From Tubiluchus corallicola (taxonomy: Eukaryota; Animalia; Priapulida): 64,000 bases of DNA. The stretch is from NCBI GenBank assembly GCA_030141605.1, contig JAQGDQ010000529.1:51578-115577 (forward strand). The letters are read 5' to 3'. Both the position numbers and the translations under genes were made by a program. Shown here piece after piece: positions 39,303 to 52,622 of the stretch (positions are counted from its first letter, which is position 1; each line of letters begins with the position of its first letter). The notes beneath the pieces were generated by a model. It was not told the DNA's origin. It saw only the letters and a list, made by a program, of their open reading frames with translations, and did not search any database.

Positions 39303-39815
39303 CTAATCAGTAAAAACAATGTTAACAAAACAATCTCAAAAGCCATTATTAGTAAGTAGATCAAAGGGAAAACATTAGGCAAGTGTCACTGGTTAGCTAG
39401 CAGCTTAACACCTTTGTGGTAATAAATGTATAAAAATGTAGCACTCCCCTGATGTCCGACCAAGAGTCTTTCAAACTGTATGACACATCTTACTTGGCAC
39501 GAAGTTACAGAACTTCTACAAAGACACTCAAGAACAAACAGACACATGAACAAAGCCAAACAATCTCTGAGCAAAAATTTGAAAAAGTTCATGTGGGCAA
39601 AGCTCACCAAAACAAAATTGCAAAAAATTGTGGGCTTCTAGTGAAATGCAAATAAAAAGTTTAAACCAATGCAGTTCCTACAAAGTTCACCAAAATAAAG
39701 TATAAATTTTGAAATTAGCGAAAGGTCACTAATTGTACTAATAATAATTAGCAACTTAATATCAGTACCGCAACTTGAAACCTACGTGTTTGAAAAGTGT
39801 AATTTGACAACTTAC

Positions 39816-40169
39816 CCACTACGGTTAAAACTGCCTGCCGACTTTCCTCTTCCCCATGTATGTGCGAAATGTAGATGCATTGATATGAACCATCGCGTAT
39901 AGACCAACCAATGTTCGTAATGTTAAGACTCCAATCTCCAGTACTTTTGGCTATGTCAAATTTTCCTTGAAAGTACTGAATGTTTGGATCAGAACTAGAA
40001 CCACCTAGAGTTAGAGCCGCCTTGTTGTGTTCCCATTTAACGTACACGGTGCTGTCATTCAGGACATCCTTTTTCAGCACACAGCTCAGCACGATGTCAG
40101 CCCCAGAAAGAACATAGTCACTTTGGGGTTCCAACTGAAATGTACTATCAGCTATTTGCCCATATGCAT
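39816..40169 (-). CDS. Ig receptor exon 2: N-terminal V/I-set Ig domain
   Basis: FQLEPQSDYVLSGADIVLSC...W...WSLNITNI...DGSYQC; phase 1-1. Confidence 0.93.
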
Positions 40170-40564
40170 CTGAAAGTATTTTATTGTGAGCAAAGTATTG
40201 TGGCCCTTTGACAAACATTGACCCCCAGATATTCAAAAATCTGTGTATAATTTGTAAATCCTTGGTATTTTCATTTTTCAAATTAATATTTAAACTTTAT
40301 TTAAAATTCTATGAAAATCGGTTGGATTTGAAGTGATTATATGCAGCAAATGATACAATGTAAATTACTTTGAACCAGCAATTTCATCCTAAAAAACTTG
40401 AAATTGTAGCAGCAAAGTTTCAAAACTAAATATTTTTCCAAAACAAAATTAAAAAAACAATGGCTCACTACTTAAAAATTGCATCATTTTAAATGATCCT
40501 GAGTTCTGATAGTCATCAGTCAAGGCACTGTAGATAATTATGGGAGAGCAAAAAGAGAAAAAAC

Positions 40565-40667
<103 letters not shown>

Positions 40668-40848
40668 ATGCAGTTGCTTCGTGGGTAGTGGCAAAAGGGA
40701 ACAAGAACACATGCATTTGTGCTCTATGGTATAAACAAGGGCAAAGCCCAGTGAACTCCCCCATTTTGATGCCACAGTAGAGAACACGATGCAGGTGGGG
40801 ACTTGTGAACAAGTTAGATGTTTTATGACCATGTTAAAGGAGACTTAC

Positions 40849-40891
40849 AGTTGATGACTAGCAAATAGCACATATAAGCTGAATAAAACAT
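40849..40891 (-). CDS. Ig receptor first coding exon: signal peptide (MFYSAYMCYLLVIN-YAYG/QIAD)
   Basis: ATG at 40891, GTAAGT donor, phase 1 matching exon 2; hydrophobic core and A-x-G cleavage motif. Confidence 0.8.
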
Positions 40892-41387
40892 CTTGAGACT
40901 GTGTGCAAGAATCTCCCCTGGTGGATCTTCACTACACTGTTGCTACATTTTCAACAGAATCTTTAACATGCTACCAACCACAGCATCTAAAGCTAAAAAT
41001 ATAATCCTAATTTAATTAGTGCATCTGCAAGTACAAAATTTATTTAATTACAATGACCATACTAGGTTACAAGTGGTCACCAAAATAAGCTATGTCACTA
41101 TATTCACCAGTAACTGCATAGAAGTGTCTTGTAATTGCAGACCTTATGAATAATATAAGATAACAAGTTCACAGTATTCAATAAACAGTGCTGTTATTAC
41201 AAAAGTGGCTTGACCTTTTAGACAGATTATATTACGTATGAAGAATGAGTTTTTCCAGTTAGAATAGGTCTTGATCATCAAATCCCTAGAAATAAATCCA
41301 AAGTGAACGAATGGGCTAAACAATAATGTGAAAATGTAAATTTATTAAAAATCTGACATAGAGTAACTAATAATATAACTATTACTG

Positions 41388-42058
41388 TAGGGTGGCTGAA
41401 CGAAAATTGTAGAGTGCGCCACCATAGCCGCAAGCGTGCTCATTTGATAGTGCTATGAGTACATAGTTAATTAAAAAAAACCAGATTTAAAATAATTAGT
41501 TTGTTTTGAAATGGCGGTCAGTTAAAGTTCAAAAAAAACGCTCGAGTTTTGGGAGTAAGAAAAAATGACTAAGTCCGGTTTGAGCAAAAAGTTAAAAATT
41601 GTACTTTTAGCATTATTTATAACTAAAAATTCCAAATACAGGTTTTAGTATGTTAGTGTCATTAAATGGAGTGCATTGCACGAGAAATAATCATATCAAG
41701 TCATATGGCAACATAGTATTCGTTTTTCCAGCATCCAAAATTCATCCAAATGATGTTTTACCTTAACAGGTGTGAAAATGGACCTTTTAGTTTTACGAAA
41801 GTGTGCTAAGTTGTCAACTTGAGTATAAGAGATGCCAAGTCAGCTGATAGTTAATTGTTAATATGACTTTTGGTAGCTCAGTGTACATAGAACAAATATT
41901 CATAAACACTTTGCACCTTCAGATTTATGCTAGGGAAAATTTTTACAGGAAAAACCGGGAAAACGGCATTTTCGTGAGTATTACCAAATTTACAATATGA
42001 AAACTATGCGTTTTAGAAAGTGGGATTTAGTTTTATTTAGCGCGCATCAGCCACCCTA
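41388..42058. mobile_element. Non-autonomous TIR element (hAT-like ends)
   Basis: 12-bp perfect TIR tagggtggctga / tcagccacccta; TSD imperfect. Confidence 0.6.
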
Positions 42059-42837
42059 CTATTAGTATGCTAACTATAGTAATAATTAGTATAAGTATCA
42101 TAACTTGTGTAATACAAGAGTAAGCTTTTCTGACATGAATTTTCAAGCAAAATATGCTAGATTTACCTATTCATACTAAATTTGTTGCCTTACCGTTTCT
42201 TACTTAGTGAAGTACTACTGTTATCCGTACAGCATAATCACAACTCACTTGTGTCATGGCCACTGGAGCCTAGGTGAAATACCTTGAACTGAACGATATG
42301 GTAAGACAGTTATCCGTACAGCATAAATCGCACCTCAGGTGTGTTATAGCCATCTGGAGCTAACATGAAATACTCTAAACTTACTGAACGATAATACGGA
42401 CTGAATGTTTGTTTTAAATTATGAAATGATAATTCTCAAAGTGAATATGAAAAACTTGCCGAACTCGAAAAGCAGATGAATAATAACTTGGCTACAATTT
42501 GTAATCTGGCGTCTGCGCAAAATTCAAGCATCTTTTCATTTAGGGATGGAGTGCAAACCATAGTTAAAATCAGAGAAAAATTATTGTCCGCTGTTAAACT
42601 AAGGCCGACTTGATAGTGTTAGCAGTGAGATATTGTGTATAACAAAATTTTATCACAATCATGTTTCAGTCTTCAGGCAATCAATTTACTCGAGATTGCA
42701 GGTTGTGAGGAGACGCACAGGGCTTTAATTGATTATGATTTGTTACAATAATTAAGTGAATATAGAAGTGAAAGGCTGTTGAAACCTTCTAGGTTTACCT
42801 TTCCTTACCTTTATGTTGCTTTGGCAAAGTTGATCTT

Positions 42838-44540
42838 CTAGCCAAATTGTGCATATATGTTCGTATCCGTATCCTCAAAGGAGGCGTTGTATTTGCCGAC
42901 CATCTCTTTCCCAGCTGATTGCTTGTCCAATTTTCTCTTAAATACATCTACACTTGGTGCACATATCACATCATTGGGTAAACTATTCCGTGCTTCTGCA
43001 ATTCGGTATGAAAAATGATCAAATCCTATGCACTTTCTTGATCTGAACTTATATAGCTTTAGTGAATGGCGTCTGGTGATCAATCTGGCCACCTGCGATC
43101 TCAAATTCAACTGCAGGCTTACAGCTTTACCATATATTTGTTCTAGCTGATCTACATATTTGACCATCGATGGGTGCCTAACGAGGACTTTGTACAGACA
43201 GTATGAACTTACTATGGGTCAAACTAATAAAAGCTCCAGTTATTATCCCCACCATCTTCTTAGCTTTGCATATCGTTGTACTGGGTGTAATGTTCAAAAG
43301 TGAGCAATCTATCAAAAGTAATTCCAACATCTTTTTCTGACTCAACCCAGGGTATCTGGGAAATGATTTCATCTCTAACCAGCATTTAATCGGAAGCTGG
43401 ATTACTTTCTTTCCTAGATTAATCGCCTTACATTTGCCAGGATGAAAAGCTAACAACCAATCTTTACTCCATGTAGTCATACTATGAAGATCTTCTTGAA
43501 TGCTTTTTCCTATCCTGCTGTAATTCAGTTATATTGAACAGTTTTCTGTCATCCTCAAACAGAAAGATTTCAGACACTACTTCTTCTGGAAGGTAATTGT
43601 AGATAAAAAATAATATTGGACCAAGGATGATGATCTGTGGAATTCCACTATCTACATTTCGCCAACTTGAGCTACATCCCTGTACAATGACCTTTTGCTT
43701 CCTATTGCTCAAAAAGTCTGCTATCCACAAAACTTTACATTTCTGAATCCCATATGCTCTCAAATTACACAATAACCTATTGTTTGCTCCATCCATGTTT
43801 GCTCCACAATCCAGTGCTTCAGTCCACATCTCCCTTCCTTGTAAGAGCTATAGGCCTGATGATCATCCTGGCAAAAACCCATATTGCTTATTACTAATAA
43901 AATTGTTTATCAGCAGATACTACGGAATGTGGCCCCTTAAGAACTTCTCCATGACCTTACAAACAACACTTCTTAGGGATACAGGACAATAGTTAATTAT
44001 CATTTTTCTATTACCCTTTTTATATATCGCAGATACTTTGGCGTCTTTCCATTTTTGTGGTTAAACTCCTGCAACAAGCTAGCGATTAAAAATCCTAGTT
44101 AAGGGCGCTTTAATTTCATCTGTTAATTCTCTTAACAACCGTGGGTGCATGCCATCTAGCCCTTCTGGTTTTGATATATTTAGCTTTTTCAACTTTTACC
44201 ATTTCCTTCTTAATTTCTAATTGTTGCATTCCATAAAATGACCTCCTTTTAAAATTTGGTATCCGAAGGCTAGAGTCCTCTAGCACAAACACACTTGCAA
44301 AATAATCAAATAGGATTTGTTTCACTGCTATAGTTAGAAGCTCAGACGTAGTATCTTTCGGCACTTTATGAAGCTCACCAATTCCTTCTTTTATTTTGTA
44401 CTTAGATTTAATATACTTTTAAACTGCCTTAGGATTTTTTTCGACACTTGAGCAATATTTTCTTCAAACTGAGCTTACTGGTTCCTTATTTCTTTAATTA
44501 CTTGATTCCTAACTTGGTTGTACTCCCTTCTGCGGTCCTC
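42838..44540 (-). mobile_element. Degenerate CR1 LINE (frameshifted ORF2)
   Basis: Fragments DSGIPQ..ILGPILF, LFEDDRKL, WLLAFHPGKCK, FSYRIAEARNSLPNDVICAPSVDVFKRKLD. Confidence 0.9.
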
Positions 44541-46719
44541 CGTATGCATCATACCTGTTTATACAAGATTGTCTATGCTACAGAAGAATTGTGACAGTTG
44601 GGGACCTGAATGAAAGCTGCGAGGATGAATAATATTTAAATAAATGCAGTGTTTGCGAACCCTTGCAAATGTTTTTGTTTGCCCACACCAGTGGACAGGG
44701 GAATGAGTAATCACACACTAAAATTGAAGACTTGATGGGTTCTCTAATTTTATGCTAATTCAGCTACGTATCTCAACTATCGGTATTATTTGTCTATCAC
44801 GCGCTACTTTTGTGTCACGAGCTCTGTGCGACTAAGCTGACATGATTTGAATTAAGCTTCCCAAAACGCCTGTTGGGACTAAAGAGTGCTCGTATTGCTT
44901 ATGCTGTAAACTTTGTTTGTGATTCATTGGGTGACGATGTAGATGATTTGCACAAGTTTATATTAATTTTACCTTTTTATGTTATTTTTATATTTTAAGA
45001 AAAGAACCCGAAATTTACAAAGTTTGGACTGATAACTTTACCAATTGTGATCGTGGTGTTATTAAAGTTAGTTTTAGAGAATTTAGTTTAAATGGTTTAA
45101 GCTATCACGGTATAAATGATGTATTATGTACTACTACTAGAACTATTCGAGGAGTAAGTGTCTTTTGTGTGAAGTACTTAGGAACAGAAATCACAGTAAA
45201 TTTAATGTTGGTAAGTAAAACCTAATATGGCCTTGACTTGTTTTCATTTCAATTAATCGAGGATATCTTAAAAATTATATTTATAACAAACTGTAAAATC
45301 TATTATTAATAATAATATTAACAAAAAATGTGTAACGTCACTAGCAGGAAACACCAAAACTGCACAGATTTAGGCAAAATAAACTATTTTATTGAAAAAC
45401 AGTAAAGAAGTTTCATAGCAACAGACCATGAGCTAGAGGTGGTAATGTTAAAGCTGGCTTACAACAGGCAAGCCCAGATTGGGTGGAGGCTAACAGTAAA
45501 GTAGTAGTGCCTATATCACAAGTTGGCATAATTGAAGCTATAGTGCTCTTACAAATGGTACCATGACTTGTCTGATTAATTGCTCTTGCTGCAGTGTTAT
45601 AGTAACTTTGAGTAACTAGACACCATTGCCAGTATCAATTATTATTTTAATATCTAATGTTGAGTAACTGAGTTAATAATGTTCGAAAGGTCAAGTAGCT
45701 GTACTTAAAGAAACTTGTGAAATAACATTTCACAAGTGTTTATAAGTTAGAAAGTTCTGTCAAATAGCTCCATTGAAGTGACGTACAGTCTGTACAAGCA
45801 ACGCAGATACGTTTTAATTTCCAGAAATAATAACTAAGTACTGTAATACCACCGCTTCACGAATAAACAAACAGTTTAGGGCTTATGTGGAAAAGATTGT
45901 TGTATACAGTTGCAAAAGTGCAGTTAGCAAACCTTATGTCAGGTGTTTCACAGTGTGTATTGTATCATGTTATGTATCGTATCGTGACCTAGGTGTATAT
46001 ATTTGCTATATTTATGATTAAATTTGTTTACTTTTTGCTTGCTTTTCATTCAATAGCTGCATTTATAAATTGACTGCATTGCTTGCTTTTCATTCAATAG
46101 CTGCATTTATAAATTGACTGCATTGCTTGCTTTTCGTGTTAATTTGTCACATTATGATTACTGATTGCTTTTCTTCATTTAAATACTTACTGCACAAATT
46201 CTTTTATTGTTGTATTCAATTATTTTTTTTGTTGTGCATTCATTATTTAACTACATCTTCGTTCATTTGCTGCATTTTAGTTCACTCGCTGCATTTATGA
46301 TTTAACCAGATTGCTTGCTTTTTTTGTTGTTGCATTCATGACTTGTTCAGTTGTTGTTTTAATTTTTAACTGCATTATTTGCTTGCTTTTTTCCCATTGG
46401 TATGATTATAATATAGCTGCCTTGCATTTTGTTTATTTGCTACACTTAAGACCTAACCACGTATTATTCACTTAACCATGTGGTCTGCCGTGCTTTACAA
46501 TATTCCTAAGTTATATAGGGGTGGCTGACTCGATGACCTCCTGGTCTTTCGCCACCCCATCTCTACATACTTTACACAATTTGTTGTATTTGTGCTATAA
46601 ATATTATATTAGAGATGATTAAAACCTTTGAATTGAATTGAATTGAATTTGAATTGTGTATCGTTACAGCCCTAACATTATATCACGACAGTAGAAAACA
46701 TTTATTCTTATGTTACAGC

Positions 46720-46857
46720 ATGAAAATGAAGGTGGGAAAAACGGCAGGCATATCAATTAACTCTAATGAGGCTCTGTCATGGAGACGATTACATCTGAGT
46801 CGATCAAAGCTTCGTGCATCGCACAGCACTTCAGCTCTTTTGTCTGGATTTGCTTTA
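46720..46857 (+). CDS. Orai: Orai calcium release-activated calcium channel, coding exon 1 (N-terminus and TM1)
   Basis: [30 protein letters not shown] matches Orai ETON/TM1; acceptor gttacag at 46718; donor GTGAGT at 46858, phase 0. Confidence 0.95.
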
Positions 46858-47289
46858 GTGAGTACATTACTATTTTTGCTACTGCTGTGTTTATGGTTTC
46901 TGGTCATAATGCTTTCTGTTTAGGCAGAGCACCTTCTTTGGAGAGTTTAGGAGCATTGATTTGTTCAGGCAAAAAGGGTGTCATCGATTTTTACTGTTTC
47001 TTATTGCTTTCTTGTGTTTGTTCGTCACGTAAGTGATCTGGAAGATATAAAAACATATACAACTAGCTGTGTGCTATGTCTTGTATCATATGTATAGACA
47101 ACTATAATTTAATCAAAATATCATTTACATTTCGTGTTGCGTATTTATTTTGCCTCATGATTCTCTTATGTTCAATACTCGACCACATGTGTTTCATTCG
47201 TCAGATTCATTGTCCTTGCTTACCTTGTCAAAGGCAGATGTATGCATCCATGATCCACATGAAGCTAGCGCTGCTAGTTACATGACCAG

Positions 47290-47520
47290 ACCATATATTC
47301 TAGTGGTAACGCATTCGCTTCGAGTCTGGGAGGTTGTGTGTTCAGTACTGTGGTTGGATCACACCAAAGACTTTGAGAACGGTACATGCTGTTGTGTGTG
47401 GTATTTAGGGTAGAAGTGGGGTAACAGTAGTTTCCGTGAAATGTGGTTTAGAGTTATTATTTGCTGTCAGTAAAAAGCTATTTGTCCAAAAGACGACCTT
47501 AAACAAAGATTATTATTATT
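47290..47520 (+). mobile_element. tRNA-derived SINE in the Orai intron
   Basis: A-box-like tagtggtaac, degenerate B-box, cacaccaaagacttt core, gacgaccttaaacaaa end and (att)n tail. Confidence 0.65.
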
Positions 47521-48322
47521 ACTGCTGGACACCACTGCTGGTTCAGTGTCTCATCTTACAGGATTTTCCTTTTGGTTGTCTACACGGGCACCAATAATAA
47601 GTTGCAGCCTTGTTGATTTGCAGATATTTTAATCTCTGTTTTCTACTTTGATTCACCAGATTACTGATTACCTGTAATCCTTCCTTTTCATCAATTTACT
47701 TTGGGCTCATAGCTGTGGTTGCATAGAAAAATCGTCCATAAGTCGGCTTTTCTAGTTATTCACATATCCTGAATTTGGCTTATCCTTCTGTATTCATTTA
47801 ACATTTCTGTATTCCGTAACATTTGTTGGTTACGTTTTCCGTTTACTAGAATTTTGTTCCGTTAACAGTTAATGTGTTTTTTTGCGTTATGTGCTTTCAG
47901 TTAACTCACATTTTACTTCAGTTATTCTTTTCTGATAAGACTCTTTTTCAGTAATCATCTTCTCCTTTAGAGTGTGCCTCATTTTATCCAAAGTCTTTGA
48001 CAGTTTCGTTGAAATAATGAGGTGGATGCTGGGCTTACCACCAACATTAAATTTTTTTGACGCTAAATTGCTGAATGCAGGATTTCTTTTTTCACTTGGC
48101 GAAATTTCAATTTTTGGTGAAACAAATGTCTATATTTGCATAAACAAGTATGTAATACACCTCATTATAATGACAAACTTGCTTAATGCCATCTTTTTTT
48201 CAGTCCGAAGGTACGTGGTATAAAGTGGTTTGGTTGTACTGTTTATTTAAAGGTTTAAGAAGCAAAATGTGCTAATTTTTTTGTTTTGCTCGCACAATAT
48301 CAGCTTTCTTCTTACGTTTCAG

Positions 48323-48862
48323 ATTGCTATGATAGAACTGAATTTTGAAGTCGGTCCAAACGATACGATACCACATGGACTTTTCATTGCTTTTGGCGTG
48401 TGCACAACTCTAGTGGTTGTTGTTCACTTGATGGCCTTGCTCATCAGTACGTGCATCCTACCGCACATTGAAGCCGTTTCTCATTTGGGCACGAGTGGTG
48501 CGGGCGAATCGCCGCACGAAAAGTTTCGCGTCTATATAGAACTATCGTGGGGATTCTCAACGGGTCTGGGAATCTTCCTATTCTTGGCGGAGCTGGGGCT
48601 TGTTGCTTGGATACGTTTCCATAACCTCTATGACGGAAGTGATGAGGTGGCTATTGCTTGCACGGTGATATTGATACCGACACTAGTGGCATTCGTAGGG
48701 TTCGCACTGTTTTTTTATCGTAAACTGGCACTCTATCATATAGAACGATTGAAACGTCAGATGAGTACGTTGGATCTTGAAGCTCAAGATTTTCAAGCTT
48801 GTGGTATGGATGCTTGTAATACACAAAGGCTGAGCATAGGCAACGGCCTGCAAGATATCTGA
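48323..48862 (+). CDS. Orai: Orai coding exon 2 (E106-equivalent, TM2-TM4, C-terminal helix); about 225 aa in total
   Basis: IAMIE, VHLMALLISTCILPHIEA, ESPHE, IELSWGFSTGLGIFLFLAEL, FYRKL; acceptor cgtttcag; AATAAA at 49221. Confidence 0.97.
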   Translation: MAMIELNFEVGPNDTIPHGLFIAFGVCTTLVVVVHLMALLISTCILPHIEAVSHLGTSGAGESPHEKFRVYIELSWGFSTGLGIFLFLAELGLVAWIRFHNLYDGSDEVAIACTVILIPTLVAFVGFALFFYRKLALYHIERLKRQMSTLDLEAQDFQACGMDACNTQRLSIGNGLQDI

Positions 48863-50186
48863 AAGAAATGTTTTATCGTGCCATCATTGTGACACTATAG
48901 TGGACCAATTGCAGTATGTGATATATATAGACATGTGTCTCAAATCACAGTGTATAAATGCAGTTTTCATATGTATGAGAAAGAGCAAGGGTGCTTACTT
49001 TCCTAAGTTAAACGATATCAAGCTTGGTCACAAATGGATGGGCAACACTACTTGGAAAGTTGCATCTGGTCTTTTTCTTGTGCTATACTGTCTTTGACTA
49101 TTGTATTGCTATTTTGTATTTCTGGGCCTTAACTCTATCAGGACCCCACCATTAAAATATGGATCTTATAAGACCTATGATTCTTCTGCTACTGTATCAG
49201 CACAGACATAACTAAATGATAATAAATTAGGTACTGCTCTATTCAGGAGAATCTCGGCTATCCAATTATGCTATTTGTAAGTGATTTAATTGGATAAAAT
49301 AAAGAAAAACGGCCTCTTCTTGCATCCAACTTAACCTATTCAGTAGCTTAGTCTGGTGTACACTTGCGTGATCGTACACACTAATTTATTGTTCGCCTGC
49401 TTGCTACAGCCTAAGCTGTGCATTGTTCTGCTGCTATTCCTGAAAAAACCAACCCAAGCCAAGGACAAATTAAGGTAGTTTCATCTTAACAGGAATTGCT
49501 CCTTAAAAGAGTAGACTTGGTTCAGGTCAAGGTGTACCAGAGTGTTGTGTCTGGATAGTTGAAATTTTCTGCATTAGCTGATTTCATACAAGTGATACTG
49601 TACATTGTTACAGTGCAAATGCTGTATTTGCTGAAAGCTTTTTTCAATTCTGTCGTTAAAAATCAATTTTTAGTTTGTCTAAGGTAAGCAAATGCATTTT
49701 CTTATCCATTGTGTGAGGAATAGAAACCTACAAAAATTATCAAACATGGCATAATAACTGCTTAGTGAGAGCAGTTTTTCATGCACCCATGCAAAATGCT
49801 GCAAACGTTATGGTCCTGAAGGAGTTAAGCAAGGCTGGAGTTTGAGTGGGTTTGATAGGTTAATATAATTTACCTCATTAAAGGAGCATTTACCGCATAT
49901 GTCTGTACATGGCCAGTTCAATAACTCGTCTTGGAAGATCACCTTTGACAAGTCTCTTATTATCTTAATATAGCTTGCGGAAAGCTGCGCTGTATGCATA
50001 AAGGACTGTCAGCTTAAAAGAAATAACACAAGCTAAGACTGCCTAATTTAACTATTTATTTTATGATTTAAATGCTGTTAGTTTTGTGGTATACAGGGCA
50101 CAGCCACAGACAATAGCAACACTCTTTCTTTCTTGCTTTTTGACAAAATCTGGTTCACAATTGTATTTGTACGGTACATTCTAGCT

Positions 50187-50688
50187 CAGGGGTGTGCAAA
50201 TTATCTGACTAGCCGGGCCACATTAAACTTTCCCGCAATTCCTGCGGGCCACAGGCAGTTTGATCAAGGAGCCAAGTACGGAAAGGCCTAATAACGATTT
50301 TTTTTGCATCCGACCTGCGTACATCATTACTACTACACTCAAGAAACTATTTTACACGTTATTAAAATTTATATTTACAAACCATATATTTCTACTTTCA
50401 GGACAGATAGTGGTAATTTCATTACAATACATATCAGTAATGTGTATCACACAGTCTGTGTAGTACAGTGACATTAAGCTACAACCATCATGTAAGGGTT
50501 AATGGCATCCGATCTAGTAGAAAAAACTACCCGCACTATCTTTGGGATCGTGGCACGGACTTCAGCTGGATACACTCAATTAATCGCCCGGGCCGCACTT
50601 TCATTAGGTTGACAAATCTCTTCGCGGGCCGCACAAATTCTCTCGGCAGGCTGCAAGTGGCCCGCGTGCCGCAATTTGCACACCCCTG
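50187..50688. mobile_element. hAT (Charlie-like) MITE, copy 2
   Basis: Perfect TIR caggggtgtgcaaatt; 8-bp TSD ttctagct. Confidence 0.95.
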
Positions 50689-51417
50689 TTCTAGCTACTA
50701 ATATTTTTACTTTTGATGTATAGCTAATTAATAGTGCTTACTTATAATGTAATTAAGGATATAATAATTAAACATCATGGCTAATGATTGTTGTCAATAT
50801 TTTTTGATTTACTTTTCAGATAATAATACTAATTTCAATAATAAATTGTCACTAATAAGTTGATCACTGATGGAATATCATTATTGTTGGTGACGTTATG
50901 AATGTTAGTGAAAAGCCTGAGATTGTTTGTATACGATTAAAAGTCTGACCAGCATTGGAAGGCCCGACTTTTCATTATAGATCAGTAGACAGACGGTATA
51001 GATGTGATTAAAACAGTCATTTATTAACACGAAAGAGGAATAGTCAGTACAGTAAGTAATGAAGTAGATGTGTTGCAGTTAAATAGTTGATTAAGCTGAC
51101 AATTGTTACAGTCGTATTAACAGTAATAATTAATGCTACCAAATAGAGTAACACTAATACCACTGCAAATGACTAAACATGCAAATTATTTAAATGGGAA
51201 AAACTTTCAAGTTCATCTGTATTAAAAACCCGAGTAGAACTAGAACTTGTAGAACTAGAACCTTGTAGAACTGTGTACAATATGTGAAAGCTGTCCTTCG
51301 TCAAACGGATATAATCGCTGACGACCTCGAGAACACAAAACAACATATCAGGGATTCCGAAAGAACTAAACTGCACACCTGTGTCTCTATCTGAATCCCG
51401 AACTATCTGTCAGTGCA

Positions 51418-51876
51418 ATGTGTAGCGTTAAAGTAAATGAGCTCCATAGGATTAAAACATCTCGGTTACGCCTCTCCTCACATAACCTAGCTATTGAGAC
51501 GGGAAGATGGGCAAGGATAAAAAGAGAAGACAGGCTATGCTCCTGTTCTGGTTTAAACATTCAAACAGAAGAGCATGTTATCTGTTTTTGCCCACTTACT
51601 AATCACCTTCGTGAAGATAACACTGAACTGAACTGAAACTTCCATTTTCAATGGAAACCCAAAGTCATATTCTGAATTTGTAAATAACTGTTTAGCGATT
51701 TTTGGACAGTAATGATCATGTTAGGCGATAATAAGTGTGTAGTGAGAATTTGTAAATAATTCTTCAATTATTTTTTGACAGTAATAATCATGTTATATGA
51801 TCAAAAGTCCTTTTTTTGTAGTGATCTATGGACTGAACCAAAATATCATGTTCGACTATCTCTTAATCAGTCAATA

Positions 51877-51911
<35 letters not shown>
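51418..51911 (+). mobile_element. LINE 3' remnant (RTEX/L2-like zinc-knuckle end) with AATAAA and (TA)n tail
   Basis: RLRLSSHNLAIETGRW..EDRLCSC...EEHVICFCP motif. Confidence 0.75.
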
Positions 51912-51915
<4 letters not shown>

Positions 51916-52105
51916 ACAAAGGCAGTACATAAAAAATGCTCTCAGATACCCCCAATTTAGGAAAACACAGGGAGACTCGGGGGCTTGTAGAGTAGTTGGG
52001 TAGTTTTACTCCCCGGCTGCAGATCGGCTGATGTCCAATTACAAAGTGTTGAGATATAATCATGCCACTTCTTTACCTAAAGAATATTTGGAAAAATTGT
52101 TAGAA

Positions 52106-52622
52106 ACAGGTGTCACCACTTACTAGTCATTTATCAAACAGTGCAGTGTCTAACAGGTGTCACCACTTACTAGTCATTTATCAAACAGTGCAGTGTCTAA
52201 CAGGTGTCACCACTTACTAGTCATTTATCAAACAATGCAGTGTCTAACAGGTGTCACCACTTACTAGTCATTTATCAAACAGTGCAGTGTCTAACAGGTG
52301 TCACCACTTACTAGTCATTTATCAAACAGTGCAGTGTCTAACAGGTGTCACCACTTACTAGTCATTTATCAAACAGTGCAGTGTCTAACAGGTGTCACCA
52401 CTTACTAGTCATTTATCATACAGTGCAGTGTCTAACAGGTGTCACCACTTACTAGTCATTTATCAAACAGTGCAGTGTCTAACAGGTGTCACCACTTACT
52501 AGTCATTTATCAAACAGTGCAGTGTCTAACAGGTGTCACCACTTACTAGTCATTTATCAAACAGTGCAGTGTCTAACAGGTGTCACCACTTACTAGTCAT
52601 TTATCATACAGTGCAGTGTCTA
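52106..52622. repeat. 47-bp minisatellite, about 11 copies
   Basis: Unit aacaggtgtcaccacttactagtcatttatcaaacagtgcagtgtct. Confidence 0.95.
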
